From contig NC_003272.1 in assembly GCF_000009705.1 (NCBI RefSeq), forward strand, positions 5,040,001 through 5,072,000: 32,000 bases of DNA. Reading direction: 5' to 3'. Under the pieces are notes generated by a model that was given only the letters and a program-made list of their open reading frames with translations, had not been told where the DNA came from and made no database searches. The position numbers were made by a program, and so were the translations under genes. Position 1 is the stretch's first letter. Every line of letters begins with the position of its first letter. This document shows, one piece after another, positions 9,456 through 18,476 of this stretch. The stretch is from Nostoc sp. PCC 7120 = FACHB-418 (GTDB lineage: Bacteria; Cyanobacteriota; Cyanobacteriia; Cyanobacteriales; Nostocaceae).

Positions 9456-9734
9456 TTACCTACCTGCTTTTTTGTCAGATTTACCATGGCCTCTGTAGGT
9501 ACGAGTAGGAGCGAATTCTCCCAACTTATGTCCCACCATCTGCTCGCTGATAAAAACTGGAACGTGTTGACGACCGTTGTGAACGGCTATAGTATGACCT
9601 ACCATCAAGGGCAAAATTGTGGAAGCTCTTGACCAAGTTTTAATTACTTGTTTTTCATTTCTGTCGTTGAGCTTTTCAATTTTGCTGAGTAAATGATCGG
9701 CGATGAAAGGACCTTTTTTAAGAGAACGACCCAT
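9456..9734 (-). CDS. rpsS: 30S ribosomal protein S19
   Basis: 92 aa. [16 protein letters not shown]...[17 protein letters not shown]...[12 protein letters not shown] is canonical S19. Confidence 0.97.
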   Translation of the reverse strand: MGRSLKKGPFIADHLLSKIEKLNDRNEKQVIKTWSRASTILPLMVGHTIAVHNGRQHVPVFISEQMVGHKLGEFAPTRTYRGHGKSDKKAGR

Positions 9735-9744
9735 AATTGCGAAA

Positions 9745-9856
9745 GTTTTGAGTTTATGTTGTGAGTTTTTAACTTTGAGTTTTGGGTGTTGATTAGGTTC
9801 ATACTACTCAGCACTCATTACTCAGCATGGGCTGAACGCCCCGCTAACAGCACTAA
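9745..9856. repeat. Heptamer arrays (AGTTTTG type, then ACTCAGC type) plus a short GC-rich unit in the rpsS-rplB spacer
   Basis: Reads agttttgagtttatgttgtgagtttttaactttgagttttgg, then tactcagcactcattactcagca, then tgggctgaacgccccgctaacagc. The ACTCAGC-type units recur at 13915-13945. Confidence 0.65.
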
Positions 9857-10720
9857 TTAAGACTCACGACCACCACGACCGCGTTTAGAAGATTTACGAC
9901 GACGGCGTATAATCAACTTGCTGCTGGCTTTCTTGGGTTTGCGTGTTTTGGCGCCCAAGGTGGGTTTACCCCAAGGAGTTACAGGGCCGGATCTACCGAT
10001 AGGCGCTCTACCCTCACCACCGCCGTGTGGGTGGTCTACTGGGTTCATGACGCTACCTCTAACTTTAGGACGGCGACCTTTCCAGCGATTTCTACCTGCT
10101 TTACCAGCGCTTAAGTTTCTCGCGTCGGTGTTACCTACTTGGCCGATGGTGGCGTAGCACTCCCGACGAATCAAGCGGACTTCTCCAGAAGGTAGCTTGA
10201 GGGTCACGTAATTCCCTTCTTTAGCTACAACTTGAGCTGTTGCACCAGCAGAGCGGACAATTTGACCACCTTTGCCTGCTTTTAACTCTACGTTGTGAAC
10301 GCTTGTACCTAAGGGAATGTTCGCCAAGGGTAAAGCATTGCCATCTTCAATAGGAGACTCTGGCCCAGCAATAATTACTGTCCCAACTTTTAAGTTGTTT
10401 GGATGCAGGATGTACCGTTTTTCCCCATCTTCATAGGAAACCAGAGCAATCCGAGCGTTCCGGTTAGGATCGTATTCAATAGCTATGACTGTGGCAGGAA
10501 TACTACGTTTATCCCGTTTAAAGTCAATGATCCGATACAGTCTTTTGTGTCCACCACCACGGCGGCGACTAGTAATCCGACCTTGGTTGTTGCGGCCTTT
10601 TGCCCTGTGTTTATATACCGTCAGCGACTTTTCTGGTTCGGTTTTGGTAATTTCCGCGAAGTCGGAAATTGTAACCTGGCGAGTACTGGGGGTATAAGGG
10701 CGGTAAGAACGAGTACCCAT
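9857..10720 (-). CDS. rplB: 50S ribosomal protein L2
   Basis: 287 aa. [19 protein letters not shown]...[14 protein letters not shown] is the canonical L2 signature. Confidence 0.97.
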   Translation of the reverse strand: MGTRSYRPYTPSTRQVTISDFAEITKTEPEKSLTVYKHRAKGRNNQGRITSRRRGGGHKRLYRIIDFKRDKRSIPATVIAIEYDPNRNARIALVSYEDGEKRYILHPNNLKVGTVIIAGPESPIEDGNALPLANIPLGTSVHNVELKAGKGGQIVRSAGATAQVVAKEGNYVTLKLPSGEVRLIRRECYATIGQVGNTDARNLSAGKAGRNRWKGRRPKVRGSVMNPVDHPHGGGEGRAPIGRSGPVTPWGKPTLGAKTRKPKKASSKLIIRRRRKSSKRGRGGRES

Positions 10721-10726
10721 GATATT

Positions 10727-11041
10727 TTATACCTCTGGGAATAGAACTTGTCTGATTTTATCTACATCCCCAGGGGCGATAGTGACGATCGCTTTCTTAT
10801 ATTGGGGCTTAAAGCCAATAAATTTACCCACACGTTTTTTTCTGCGTGGTGGCAATGCCGTATTGACTTTGACAACCTTGACCTGAAATAGGTCTTCAAT
10901 TGCTGCTCTGATTTGTGGCTTACTGGCCTTAGGAGTCACTTCAAAGGTGTATTTATTCTGCTCCATCATGATGGTCGCTTTTTCTGTCAAGATCGGGCGA
11001 CGCACTAAATCGGGCAGGTTGCGGGGGTCAAACTTAGCCAT
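10727..11041 (-). CDS. rplW: 50S ribosomal protein L23
   Basis: 104 aa. [19 protein letters not shown]...VKVVKVNT resembles L23. Its start overlaps the rplD 3' end by 8 nt. Confidence 0.93.
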   Translation of the reverse strand: MAKFDPRNLPDLVRRPILTEKATIMMEQNKYTFEVTPKASKPQIRAAIEDLFQVKVVKVNTALPPRRKKRVGKFIGFKPQYKKAIVTIAPGDVDKIRQVLFPEV

Positions 11042-11666
11042 TGTAGACCTCCTGAATTTTTTCTAATGCTGATGTGGTGACAACAATTTTGTCAGCGTGC
11101 AGCAAATCATAAACGTTGAGTTGGTCAGCCGCAATGAGTTTTAGGTTCTCAATGTTACGGGCAGACAAATACACGTTTTCAGGAAATTCCGACAAAATTA
11201 ACAATATTTTGCTTTCCGGTTCTGCACCCCAACGAGTGAATGCTGCCACCAAATCTTTAGTTTTGGGGCGGGATAACTCGTTGCTAAATTCTTCTACTAA
11301 AATCAAATCGTCTATACGGCTGACAAATGCTGTCCGCAGTGCTAAACGCCGCTCTTTGCGGTTCATTTTTAAATCGAAATCTCTGGGTTTGGGTCCAAAG
11401 ATGACACCACCACCACGCCATAACGGTGAACGGATGGAACCTGCACGAGCGCGACCAGTTCCTTTTTGTCGCCAGGGTTTACGACCGCCGCCTCGGACTT
11501 CAGCACGGGTTTTGGTGCTGGCTGTTCCTTGACGAGCGTTGGTTTGCTGTCTAACTAGGGCGCGGTGTACAATGTGCGCCGCCGTTGTTTCTTTGGCAAC
11601 CCGCAACTCGAACGTTTTTTGTCCGATTTGCTCCCCTTGCCAATTTTTTACTACACTCTCTACCAT
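11034..11666 (-). CDS. rplD: 50S ribosomal protein L4
   Basis: 210 aa. [51 protein letters not shown] is the canonical L4 loop. Confidence 0.96.
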   Translation of the reverse strand: MVESVVKNWQGEQIGQKTFELRVAKETTAAHIVHRALVRQQTNARQGTASTKTRAEVRGGGRKPWRQKGTGRARAGSIRSPLWRGGGVIFGPKPRDFDLKMNRKERRLALRTAFVSRIDDLILVEEFSNELSRPKTKDLVAAFTRWGAEPESKILLILSEFPENVYLSARNIENLKLIAADQLNVYDLLHADKIVVTTSALEKIQEVYNG

Positions 11667-11677
11667 TTTTCTGTCCT

Positions 11678-11730
11678 TTATCAGTTGCTTAGTTGTCAGT
11701 TGTCAGTAACGTTTGGATATTGACTTGTGA
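11678..11730. repeat. Heptamer array (AGTTGTC type) in the rplD-rplC spacer
   Basis: Reads tcagttgcttagttgtcagttgtcagtaacgtttggatattgacttgtgactac. The 7-nt periodicity has one irregular unit. Confidence 0.7.
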
Positions 11731-12366
11731 CTACTTCCCAACTTTTTTAGCAGGTACAATACTTAGTAAAGCGCCTGGTTTACCAGGAACAGCTCCTTTA
11801 ATTAGCAGTAAATTACGTTCTGCATCAACGCGGATTACGGTCAGTTTGCGAATGGTGACACGAGTACCACCTAAACGACCAGCCATCCGCTTACCTGGAT
11901 ACACGCGGCCTGGGGTTGTACCTGCACCGATAGAACCAGGCGCTCTGTGGTTTTTGGAACCGTGAGACATTGGCCCGCGTCCAAAGTTATTCCGTTTTTG
12001 GTTGCCTGCAAAGCCGCGACCGATACTTGTACCGATTACGTCTACAAGCTCACCTACACTAAAAATATCTGCTTTAATTTCTTGACCTAAAGCATAATCG
12101 CTAGAGCCATCTGTGTGATACTCTTTCAAATGCCTTAATGCTGGGGCAGATGATTTGGCTAAATGGCCGAGTAAAGGTCTATTCAACGCCTTGGGTTTGA
12201 CTTCGCCATAACCAACTTGGATGGCAGCGTAACCGTCGGTTTGTTTACTTTTAACTTGGGTAACAACGCATGGCCCCACTTGTACGACAGTCACAGGAAT
12301 TGCGACTCCTGCTTCGTCAAATATTTGGGTCATGCCCAGCTTGGTGCCGAGAATCCCTACTGACAC
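11731..12366 (-). CDS. rplC: 50S ribosomal protein L3
   Basis: 211 aa. [15 protein letters not shown]...[29 protein letters not shown] is canonical L3. The GTG start is preceded by AAAGGAGAG. It is the first gene of the cluster because rpsJ lies elsewhere in cyanobacteria. Confidence 0.96.
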   Translation of the reverse strand: MSVGILGTKLGMTQIFDEAGVAIPVTVVQVGPCVVTQVKSKQTDGYAAIQVGYGEVKPKALNRPLLGHLAKSSAPALRHLKEYHTDGSSDYALGQEIKADIFSVGELVDVIGTSIGRGFAGNQKRNNFGRGPMSHGSKNHRAPGSIGAGTTPGRVYPGKRMAGRLGGTRVTIRKLTVIRVDAERNLLLIKGAVPGKPGALLSIVPAKKVGK

Positions 12367-13253
12367 AGTAACTGGCTCTCCTTTCTACGAAATCGGGTTT
12401 TCTAGACACACTGTGTGGTTTCCGGTGATGAACGGACGAAATTGTGAACTTGTATGGGGTTGATGCCACTGCAAATTCTTCCGGACACAATCAGGCGGTG
12501 TCTTTGTTTGCTGAATCTATTTAGTTACACTCATTTAATTACCAGAACAGCCACAAGCGACTTCTCTAAGGAAGGGATAGCTTCTGGTATCAGGGCAAGC
12601 TCTTACAGCTTTACACTTTGTGCAGCAACGCTTTCGTCCAAGCGCTTGCATAGGCACTTTCTGGCGGCAGTACCTGAAGGATATCTCCCAGTTTGAGGCA
12701 ACTGCCGTGTCGTAGTGGACTTAAGCAGTTTTTACCGCTCAGTATCCTTTAACTGAAAACTGTGTAATGCTATGAAGCCAACATCACTGCTCAGTTTCTA
12801 CTTCACTAAACAAATTCAACCTTAGCTTAAGGTTTTGCTTGTTCTCTGACTACACGAGTGAATGTAGTCTAAGGATGATGGAATTTTATATTTAGCCATC
12901 AACTCTTGGTTTGACCTAAAAGCTTTTCTAGTTTACCAGTCTTTGATCCATTACGGCTAGTTTATTCTTTTTGGGAATAGACTCATTAGCTTCTATAGCT
13001 AACACTAGCCCAAGATCATCGCTACATGATACCCTGATAGTTCAGTTTGGTCACAATCTAATAATATAAACTATCCAATGATAATTGTCTAGAAAATTTA
13101 TAGATTATTTTTTTGGGCTGCTATGTACAGTCAAGTCAGCACGATTGAGTATAGCTTATTTAAAGTATAAGCTTCCTGATCTAACTGAATCTCTCACTTC
13201 ACAGTAAATAATAGAGATATGGAAGTGGGATATGACAAAACCTCAGAAAATCT

Positions 13254-13742
13254 ATGGCACTAATTACCACTGGTAACGGTTTAATTCGGGATCTAGAGAA
13301 ATTTGGATCTGTAGGAGTTTACGTACCTCTAGAAGGAGGTTTTGAAGGTCGATATCGGCGGCGGTTGCGTGCTGCTGGCTATACAACTCTGCAATTTACT
13401 GCTAGGGGATTAGGCGATGTAGCAGCCTATCTCACAGGAGTTCACGGGGTAAGACCTCCCCATCTGGGCAAAAAAAGCTCTGGTAATGGTGCAGCAGTAG
13501 GGAATGTATATTATCTGCCACCAATTGTTGGTTCTCAGCTAGAACACCTGCCACCCAAGTCTAAGGGTTTGGTGTTGTGGATCATTGAAGGGCATATTTT
13601 ATCTGATCAAGAAGTCGAGTTCTTGACCAGTTTACCAAGTCTGGAACCAAGAGTGAAGGTAGTTGTTGAGAGAGGAGGCGATCGCACTTTCCGTTGGAAG
13701 GCTCTAAAAGATACATTCTCTGCTAGTTATCAAGCTGTTTAG
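13254..13742 (+). CDS. ndhN: NAD(P)H-quinone oxidoreductase (NDH-1) subunit N
   Basis: 162 aa. MALITTGNGLIRDLEKFGSVGVYVPLEGGFEGRYRRRLRAAGY...VVERGGDRTFRWK matches my memory of cyanobacterial/plastid NdhN. No search was run. Confidence 0.85.
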   Translation: MALITTGNGLIRDLEKFGSVGVYVPLEGGFEGRYRRRLRAAGYTTLQFTARGLGDVAAYLTGVHGVRPPHLGKKSSGNGAAVGNVYYLPPIVGSQLEHLPPKSKGLVLWIIEGHILSDQEVEFLTSLPSLEPRVKVVVERGGDRTFRWKALKDTFSASYQAV

Positions 13743-13744
13743 AT

Positions 13745-13939
13745 GACAGGGGACTGCTGAGACAGCGCTGCCGGAGGGTTTCCCTCCGCAGGCGACTGTG
13801 TTCGCCGTTCGCGGAGCGTTCCGTAGGAAAGGCGTTCTCGTTCGCGGAGCTTCCCCAAGGGAAGAGTACCCAGGGGGGGACTGATGAGTAATCAATTCCA
13901 AATTACAGAATTGCTTACTCAGCACTCAGTACTCAGCGC
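13745..13939. repeat. Cluster of short GC-rich dispersed-repeat units and ACTCAGC-type heptamers between convergent ndhN and the GNAT gene
   Basis: Hairpins ggaggg-ttt-ccctcc and cttccc-caa-gggaag are present. The direct repeat gttcgcggagc(g)ttcc occurs twice. The region ends with cttactcagcactcagtactcagcg. Track ORFs 13704-13925 and 13884-14108 are translations of this repeat DNA. Confidence 0.7.
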
Positions 13940-14407
13940 TTACAAAGTTATCAGCATTTCCATTGTACTGAGACGAAAACCACAGGACTTAAAAAATTTT
14001 CTGGCTGCTTTGTTTATGGCTGCGGTATCTAAGCGAATTTGTGCTACTCCCATTTGCCGACAGCGTTCAATGGTTATTTCTACTAATTGCCTGGCAATAC
14101 CTTGTTGACGATATTCTGGCTCAACCCAAATATCGTGAATAAATCCAAATTCTTTAGTCCGATAAATAGGTATTTCTTGCTCGACTGTCGCCGCTACAAA
14201 AGCTACCAGTTGTCCTTGATTTTCAGCTACCAGAAACACGCTACGTTCTTGATCTGCTAATCTGGTCAACCATCTTTCATAACGCTTTTCAGGCTGTGGC
14301 AAAAAACCATACTTGGCAGCATCCCAAGATTCATGTAAAGCACAGATATTGGCAACCATTGGTAAAACATCAGGAACATCAGCTGATGTTGCAGGGCGAA
14401 TTAGCAT
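13940..14407 (-). CDS. GNAT-family N-acetyltransferase
   Basis: 155 aa with an acetyl-CoA-binding-type motif (VEPEYRQQGIARQLVE) and a typical GNAT length and beta-alpha pattern. Confidence 0.8.
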   Translation of the reverse strand: MLIRPATSADVPDVLPMVANICALHESWDAAKYGFLPQPEKRYERWLTRLADQERSVFLVAENQGQLVAFVAATVEQEIPIYRTKEFGFIHDIWVEPEYRQQGIARQLVEITIERCRQMGVAQIRLDTAAINKAARKFFKSCGFRLSTMEMLITL

Positions 14408-14566
14408 AAGTTCAGAAAGTATCTATGAGCTAGTACTGCAAGGCATAATTTGTAACTATGTTTTTGCGAGGATTCCAGACATTTCCTTCGGCTGGCTTAT
14501 TTACCTCGTAATGTACTCAAAGAATAAGACAGTGGATTTATATGAACTATAAACCCCACTTACGCT

Positions 14567-15025
14567 TCAAAAACTGACTGGGTAGATTAAATCAAATTCA
14601 CGATAAAGGATAATTTGAGAAGAGTTCTCTGGTTCTTCTAAAACTGCATAATTTAAGCCGCCTGTAATTTGGGTTACTGGTCGCTTTAAAGGTTTTTCAA
14701 ATTGATGCCATTCGCGGTTACTCCACTCATAAATTGCTGCATCTAAATCGTTTTGCAATTCGGAAGCTAACAAGAACAGTTCTAATTTATCTTTTGTGTT
14801 GCCGGTCAGGACAAATTTGAGAGAGACTGACTGAGTAATTGCTGGCCTGGGTTCGTTAGCGGCTAAAGTTTTACAATCTCCTAGTTGGATATCATAAGGC
14901 TGTAATTGCAGATTTTCCTGCTGCTTCAGGGTCTTTTCGATGTCGTTTAAGCGTTGATCTAGATAAGGTAGTAGTCCTAGTTTGGCATCGATCAACAACT
15001 TACGAATATTGGAAGGTTGGGTCAT
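14567..15025 (-). CDS. Hypothetical protein (no family recognised)
   Basis: 152-aa ORF with ordinary amino-acid composition and no TM segment. It lies downstream of, and co-oriented with, the ABC-2 permease. I cannot assign a family by eye. Confidence 0.55.
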   Translation of the reverse strand: MTQPSNIRKLLIDAKLGLLPYLDQRLNDIEKTLKQQENLQLQPYDIQLGDCKTLAANEPRPAITQSVSLKFVLTGNTKDKLELFLLASELQNDLDAAIYEWSNREWHQFEKPLKRPVTQITGGLNYAVLEEPENSSQIILYREFDLIYPVSF

Positions 15026-15128
15026 GGTTACTTTTTATCCCGTTACCCAGTCAGATTAGCGTTTTGTTGGTTGGTAAATAGAGAAACTTTGAAAAACTTT
15101 GTTTGGGAAAGATTTTTATTTAGTTAGG

Positions 15129-15265
15129 ACTTACGCAAATAGGTTATCTGTTGAGACCGGGTGTAAGGGTTTAAGGGTACAGGGGTGTAAGGGTTTCAAG
15201 CATTTATACCCTTATACCCCTACACCCTTGTCCAAACCCTCGATCTTTCGTTTTCATGCGTAAGT
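15129..15265. repeat. MITE-like palindromic element built from GGGTGTA/AGGGTTT heptamers, bounded by 9-bp inverted repeats
   Basis: ACTTACGCA (15129-15137) and TGCGTAAGT (15257-15265) are exact reverse complements. The interior, gggtgtaagggtttaagggtacaggggtgtaagggt...acccttatacccctacaccctt, forms an imperfect long hairpin. A related half-copy lies at 31117-31176. Confidence 0.55.
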
Positions 15266-15269
15266 TCTA

Positions 15270-16097
15270 TTAGTCTTGTTGGTGGGCAAATTTAGCAGCA
15301 CCCCAAAGAGAAAGGGCGATCGCTATGACTAGTAAGACAGGTATGCTATACCAAGGGAACTGAGATAAGGGCAAGTTGGCGGCTGCGCGTAGCCCCGTAC
15401 TGGCATAAGTTAAAGGGAATAAATAAACGATAACTTGGAATGCTGTTGGTAAGGTACTGGGGTCGAAGAAGGTTGCACCTAAGAAGGACATGGGGATAAT
15501 GACAAAGTTGTTGTATAGTCCTACCGATTCTAGCGATCGCACCGATAGTCCCACAATTACACCCAAACCTGCAAATACTGCACAATTTAATATCAACAAC
15601 ACCAAAAACAGGGGATGAAGGAAATTCCAGTTTCTCGTGATTATCAGGGCTACCAATATCACTGAACCAGAAGTCATCAAACCCCGTACAACTCCAGCCA
15701 GCATTTTACCCAATTGCAGTGCTAAGGGATGGATGGGTGTGAGTAATAGTTCTTCAAAGGTTTTGGTAAATAATCTATCTCCACAAATCGAGAATGTTGT
15801 CCCACCAAAGCTAATGGTCATGGAAGATAAGGCTACCATTCCTGGCAAGATAAATTCTAAATAGTTATTGTAATTAGCACTGATGGCGGAACCTGGCCTA
15901 ATTGAGCTACCCAGCCCTAAACCAAAAGCCAAAATATATATTAGTGGTGAGATTAAGCCGGATGCAGCTACTTGGGCTATGCGTACCCGTAAATCTAACC
16001 AATCTCCCCAAAAGATAGTCAGACTATCAGCTAACAGGATTTGCAGTTGTGAGGTTTTAAACTTTTTGCCCCAGATTAAGGCTTTTTGAGATGTCAC
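15270..16097 (-). CDS. ABC-2 type transporter permease
   Basis: 275 aa with about six hydrophobic spans. Its length and topology are typical of ABC-2 (NodJ/YadH-like) permeases. No ATPase gene is adjacent. Confidence 0.75.
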   Translation of the reverse strand: MTSQKALIWGKKFKTSQLQILLADSLTIFWGDWLDLRVRIAQVAASGLISPLIYILAFGLGLGSSIRPGSAISANYNNYLEFILPGMVALSSMTISFGGTTFSICGDRLFTKTFEELLLTPIHPLALQLGKMLAGVVRGLMTSGSVILVALIITRNWNFLHPLFLVLLILNCAVFAGLGVIVGLSVRSLESVGLYNNFVIIPMSFLGATFFDPSTLPTAFQVIVYLFPLTYASTGLRAAANLPLSQFPWYSIPVLLVIAIALSLWGAAKFAHQQD

Positions 16098-16220
16098 TTT
16101 TTTTTAGTCAGGTATCAAATTCGTTGTAAATATTACTTTACATTTTTTGGCATCTCAAAGTTTTAATAAAATTTCTCTACGTTATGCCCAAAATATATCA
16201 GTAGTGGGCGCTGAATACAA

Positions 16221-16247
16221 AGAAGCAGTGATATTACCACTGCTTCT
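16221..16247 (-). terminator. Candidate intrinsic terminator downstream of the pentapeptide-repeat gene
   Basis: A perfect 10-bp stem, agaagcagtg (16221-16230) with cactgcttct (16238-16247), encloses a 7-nt loop. On the minus strand it is followed by TTGTATT. Confidence 0.45.
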
Positions 16248-16403
16248 CATGATCAACTGTATATGTTTTGTCAAGTAACATTATTAAACGCAACTGCGTG
16301 TTAATGTTAGTCTCATTATTTTTGCAAGGGTGGGTGATGACACCCGATTCAAACTTACCCACCCCACTTTGTGCTTTTTAAATCCAGCTTGCTTAGTTCA
16401 ACC

Positions 16404-16862
16404 CTAGTCCCAATCAGGAATATTTTGGGCTTCTTCACCACCAATACCGATCGCAGTATTATAAATTTCCGCATCGGTTATGGTGAGATTATCCATTGAT
16501 GCACCGTACACATTAGAGTCGATGACATGGGCGCGAGTCAAGTTTGCCCCATTGAGGTTAGCTTTTTTGAAATTGACGTTGGTGAGGTAGGCTGAAGTTA
16601 AGTTAGCTTTTTTTAAGTTGGCGTTAGTTAAGTCAGCACCTTCGAGGTTAGCACCTTCGAGGTTAGCACCTGCCAAATTTGCTCCTCGTAAGTCAGCACC
16701 AATTAAATGTTCGCCACTGAGGTTCATGCCTGTTAGATTACACCCGTTACATTCCCCAGTTGATAATAACCTTTGTAGGTCTTGCGGATTCCCAGCTGTT
16801 ACTGAGTTAGCCAAAAATAGGGGAGTTGCTAAGGCAAGCGCCGCGAATAGCTTAAGTTTCAT
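16404..16862 (-). CDS. Pentapeptide-repeat protein with an N-terminal signal peptide
   Basis: 152 aa. The signal-like N-terminus is MKLKLFAALALATPLFLANSVTA. Consecutive A(D/N)LxG-type pentapeptides follow (ADLRGANLAGANLEGANLEGADLTNANLKKANL). Confidence 0.9.
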   Translation of the reverse strand: MKLKLFAALALATPLFLANSVTAGNPQDLQRLLSTGECNGCNLTGMNLSGEHLIGADLRGANLAGANLEGANLEGADLTNANLKKANLTSAYLTNVNFKKANLNGANLTRAHVIDSNVYGASMDNLTITDAEIYNTAIGIGGEEAQNIPDWD

Positions 16863-17173
16863 AATTATCCCCCTTTCTATTTAGATTGTGTCCGTTCTTT
16901 ACCTCACATTTCTATTATCTCACTAAAATTCAGGATAATGTTGATTTAAAGCACAACTTGTTTGTAACGTAAAAGATGTTTGATTGGATCTTGGATATTA
17001 TATTGGCTATGGTTTTCAGAGATTTACATCCAAAGAAATAAGCATAAATACTTGGATTAATTTACTGTTAAATATTTTTAAGTTAATGTACCAATTAGTA
17101 TAGTTTTATTATTAAACTTTTTCAGTATTTGACTATTACTAAGTGGCACGTAGTAATTATGTTATTTGGTACT

Positions 17174-18037
17174 TTATGTCATCAGAAAATTCCGCATATA
17201 TTGATTAACTAATTCTGGCTTTTCTTGTTGTACCCAGTGTCCACAAGCGGGAATATACTTAATTTGCAGGTCTTTGACGTAGGTTGATGTGTCATAGGTA
17301 AGTTCTTTACCGAGAGCAGTATCATTCTCTCCCCAAATCAAGAGTGTTGGCACATTCAAAATACCCCAACTTTTATTAAAAAAGGAGTGGGAAAAAACAT
17401 TGCGGTAATAATTCAACATGGCTGTAAGCGCACCTGGTTTTGCCGCAGCATTTCTATAGGTATTGAGGTCATTTGGAGTAAAAGCGTTCTTATTAAATGC
17501 TGTGTTTTGAATAGTGTTGGGAATTGCTTGATAATTGGTAGATTGGAGTAGTAATTCAGGCAGTCTAGGGATTTGAAAAAAGAAGATATACCAACTACGT
17601 AATAACTGTTGAGGAGTGTACAGGCCTTGAATAAACTTGGCTGGGTGGGGCAAGTTGAGAATGATTAATTTTTCTAGCATATGGGGATGAGCGTAGGCGA
17701 ATGACCAAGCGATCGCACCACCCCAATCATGACCAACTAGGATACACTTCTCATGTCCTAATTCTTTAATCAGTCCTGCCACGTCTTTGATAAACTCATC
17801 CATGACGTAGGCGGATTGCTCTTGTGGCTTATCACTATCGTTGTAGCCACGTAAGTCCACCGCAACAACTTGATAATGTTGGGCAAATTCCGGGATTTGA
17901 TATCGCCAGGAATACCAACACTCAGGAAACCCATGTAACATCAACATTAATGTCCCTGTTCCTTGGGTAACGTAGTGGAGTTTCACGCCATTAGTAGTGA
18001 TATATTTATGTGTCCAAGTTTCTTGGGTAACAGACAT
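17174..18037 (-). CDS. Alpha/beta hydrolase, epoxide-hydrolase-like
   Basis: 287 aa. It has an HGFPECWYSWRYQ (HGxP) oxyanion motif, a GHDWGG nucleophile elbow with Asp, and a C-terminal GHW histidine region. Confidence 0.85.
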   Translation of the reverse strand: MSVTQETWTHKYITTNGVKLHYVTQGTGTLMLMLHGFPECWYSWRYQIPEFAQHYQVVAVDLRGYNDSDKPQEQSAYVMDEFIKDVAGLIKELGHEKCILVGHDWGGAIAWSFAYAHPHMLEKLIILNLPHPAKFIQGLYTPQQLLRSWYIFFFQIPRLPELLLQSTNYQAIPNTIQNTAFNKNAFTPNDLNTYRNAAAKPGALTAMLNYYRNVFSHSFFNKSWGILNVPTLLIWGENDTALGKELTYDTSTYVKDLQIKYIPACGHWVQQEKPELVNQYMRNFLMT

Positions 18038-18217
18038 ATTAGACTCCTATGTCATTTATGAATTTAGTCTTAGCGTAAGAATTTTGGCTTAATTAGTAAT
18101 TATCAAATTCAGCTATTAAATTGATATTGTGCAATATTTTCTGGCTGAAAGCATCTGTTTAAAGATGGTGTTAGGGAACGCCAAAAAATAAATTATTCCA
18201 AATTCACGGTTGGTAGG

Positions 18218-18272
18218 GTGCGTCAGTGTGAATGATTTCTTGGTACAGCTAGGTTTTCCCGCACTGACGCAC
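18218..18272. repeat. Perfect 11-bp inverted repeat (GTGCGTCAGTG ... CACTGACGCAC) with a 33-nt spacer
   Basis: The arms lie at 18218-18228 and 18262-18272, extendable to 14 bp with one mismatch. The repeat sits in the divergent hydrolase/EEP intergenic region. Confidence 0.7.
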
Positions 18273-18476
18273 TCTAAATTTTGGATATTTTTTTATCTGG
18301 AAGTTCCTTATATCGGTAATTATAGACTTAATAGAGGCGATAGCAGAATAGTGTAGATAAGTCATCAACACTTGTGAGTAAAAATTATTTTAAATTTTAG
18401 TGAGTAGGTATGCTGGGTGGAACACCATCACTATCACATAGTATGTAATAAAATTAAGCTATATCAAGTTTTTTGA

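Noticed and set aside
1-12366. Absence of rpsJ, rpsN and rpmD from the cluster, considered as a possible deletion or rearrangement
   Set aside because: This gene order (rplC first, L5 directly followed by S8, S5 directly followed by L15) is the normal cyanobacterial/plastid arrangement. It is not an anomaly of this window.
12454-12696. 80-aa plus-strand ORF in the rplC-ndhN intergenic region
   Set aside because: It has no Shine-Dalgarno sequence, a Cys/Leu/Ser/Arg-rich odd composition, and no recognisable family. The region is better explained as the rplC leader.
13704-14108. ORFs 13704-13925 (minus) and 13884-14108 (plus)
   Set aside because: The first overlaps the ndhN 3' end and runs through the GC-rich repeat cluster. 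The second begins in the repeat cluster and then runs antisense into the GNAT gene.
15346-16089. ORFs 15346-15585 (minus), 15637-15864 (plus) and 15883-16089 (plus)
   Set aside because: All are nested in alternative frames or strands of the ABC-2 permease CDS, which has a coherent multi-TM profile.
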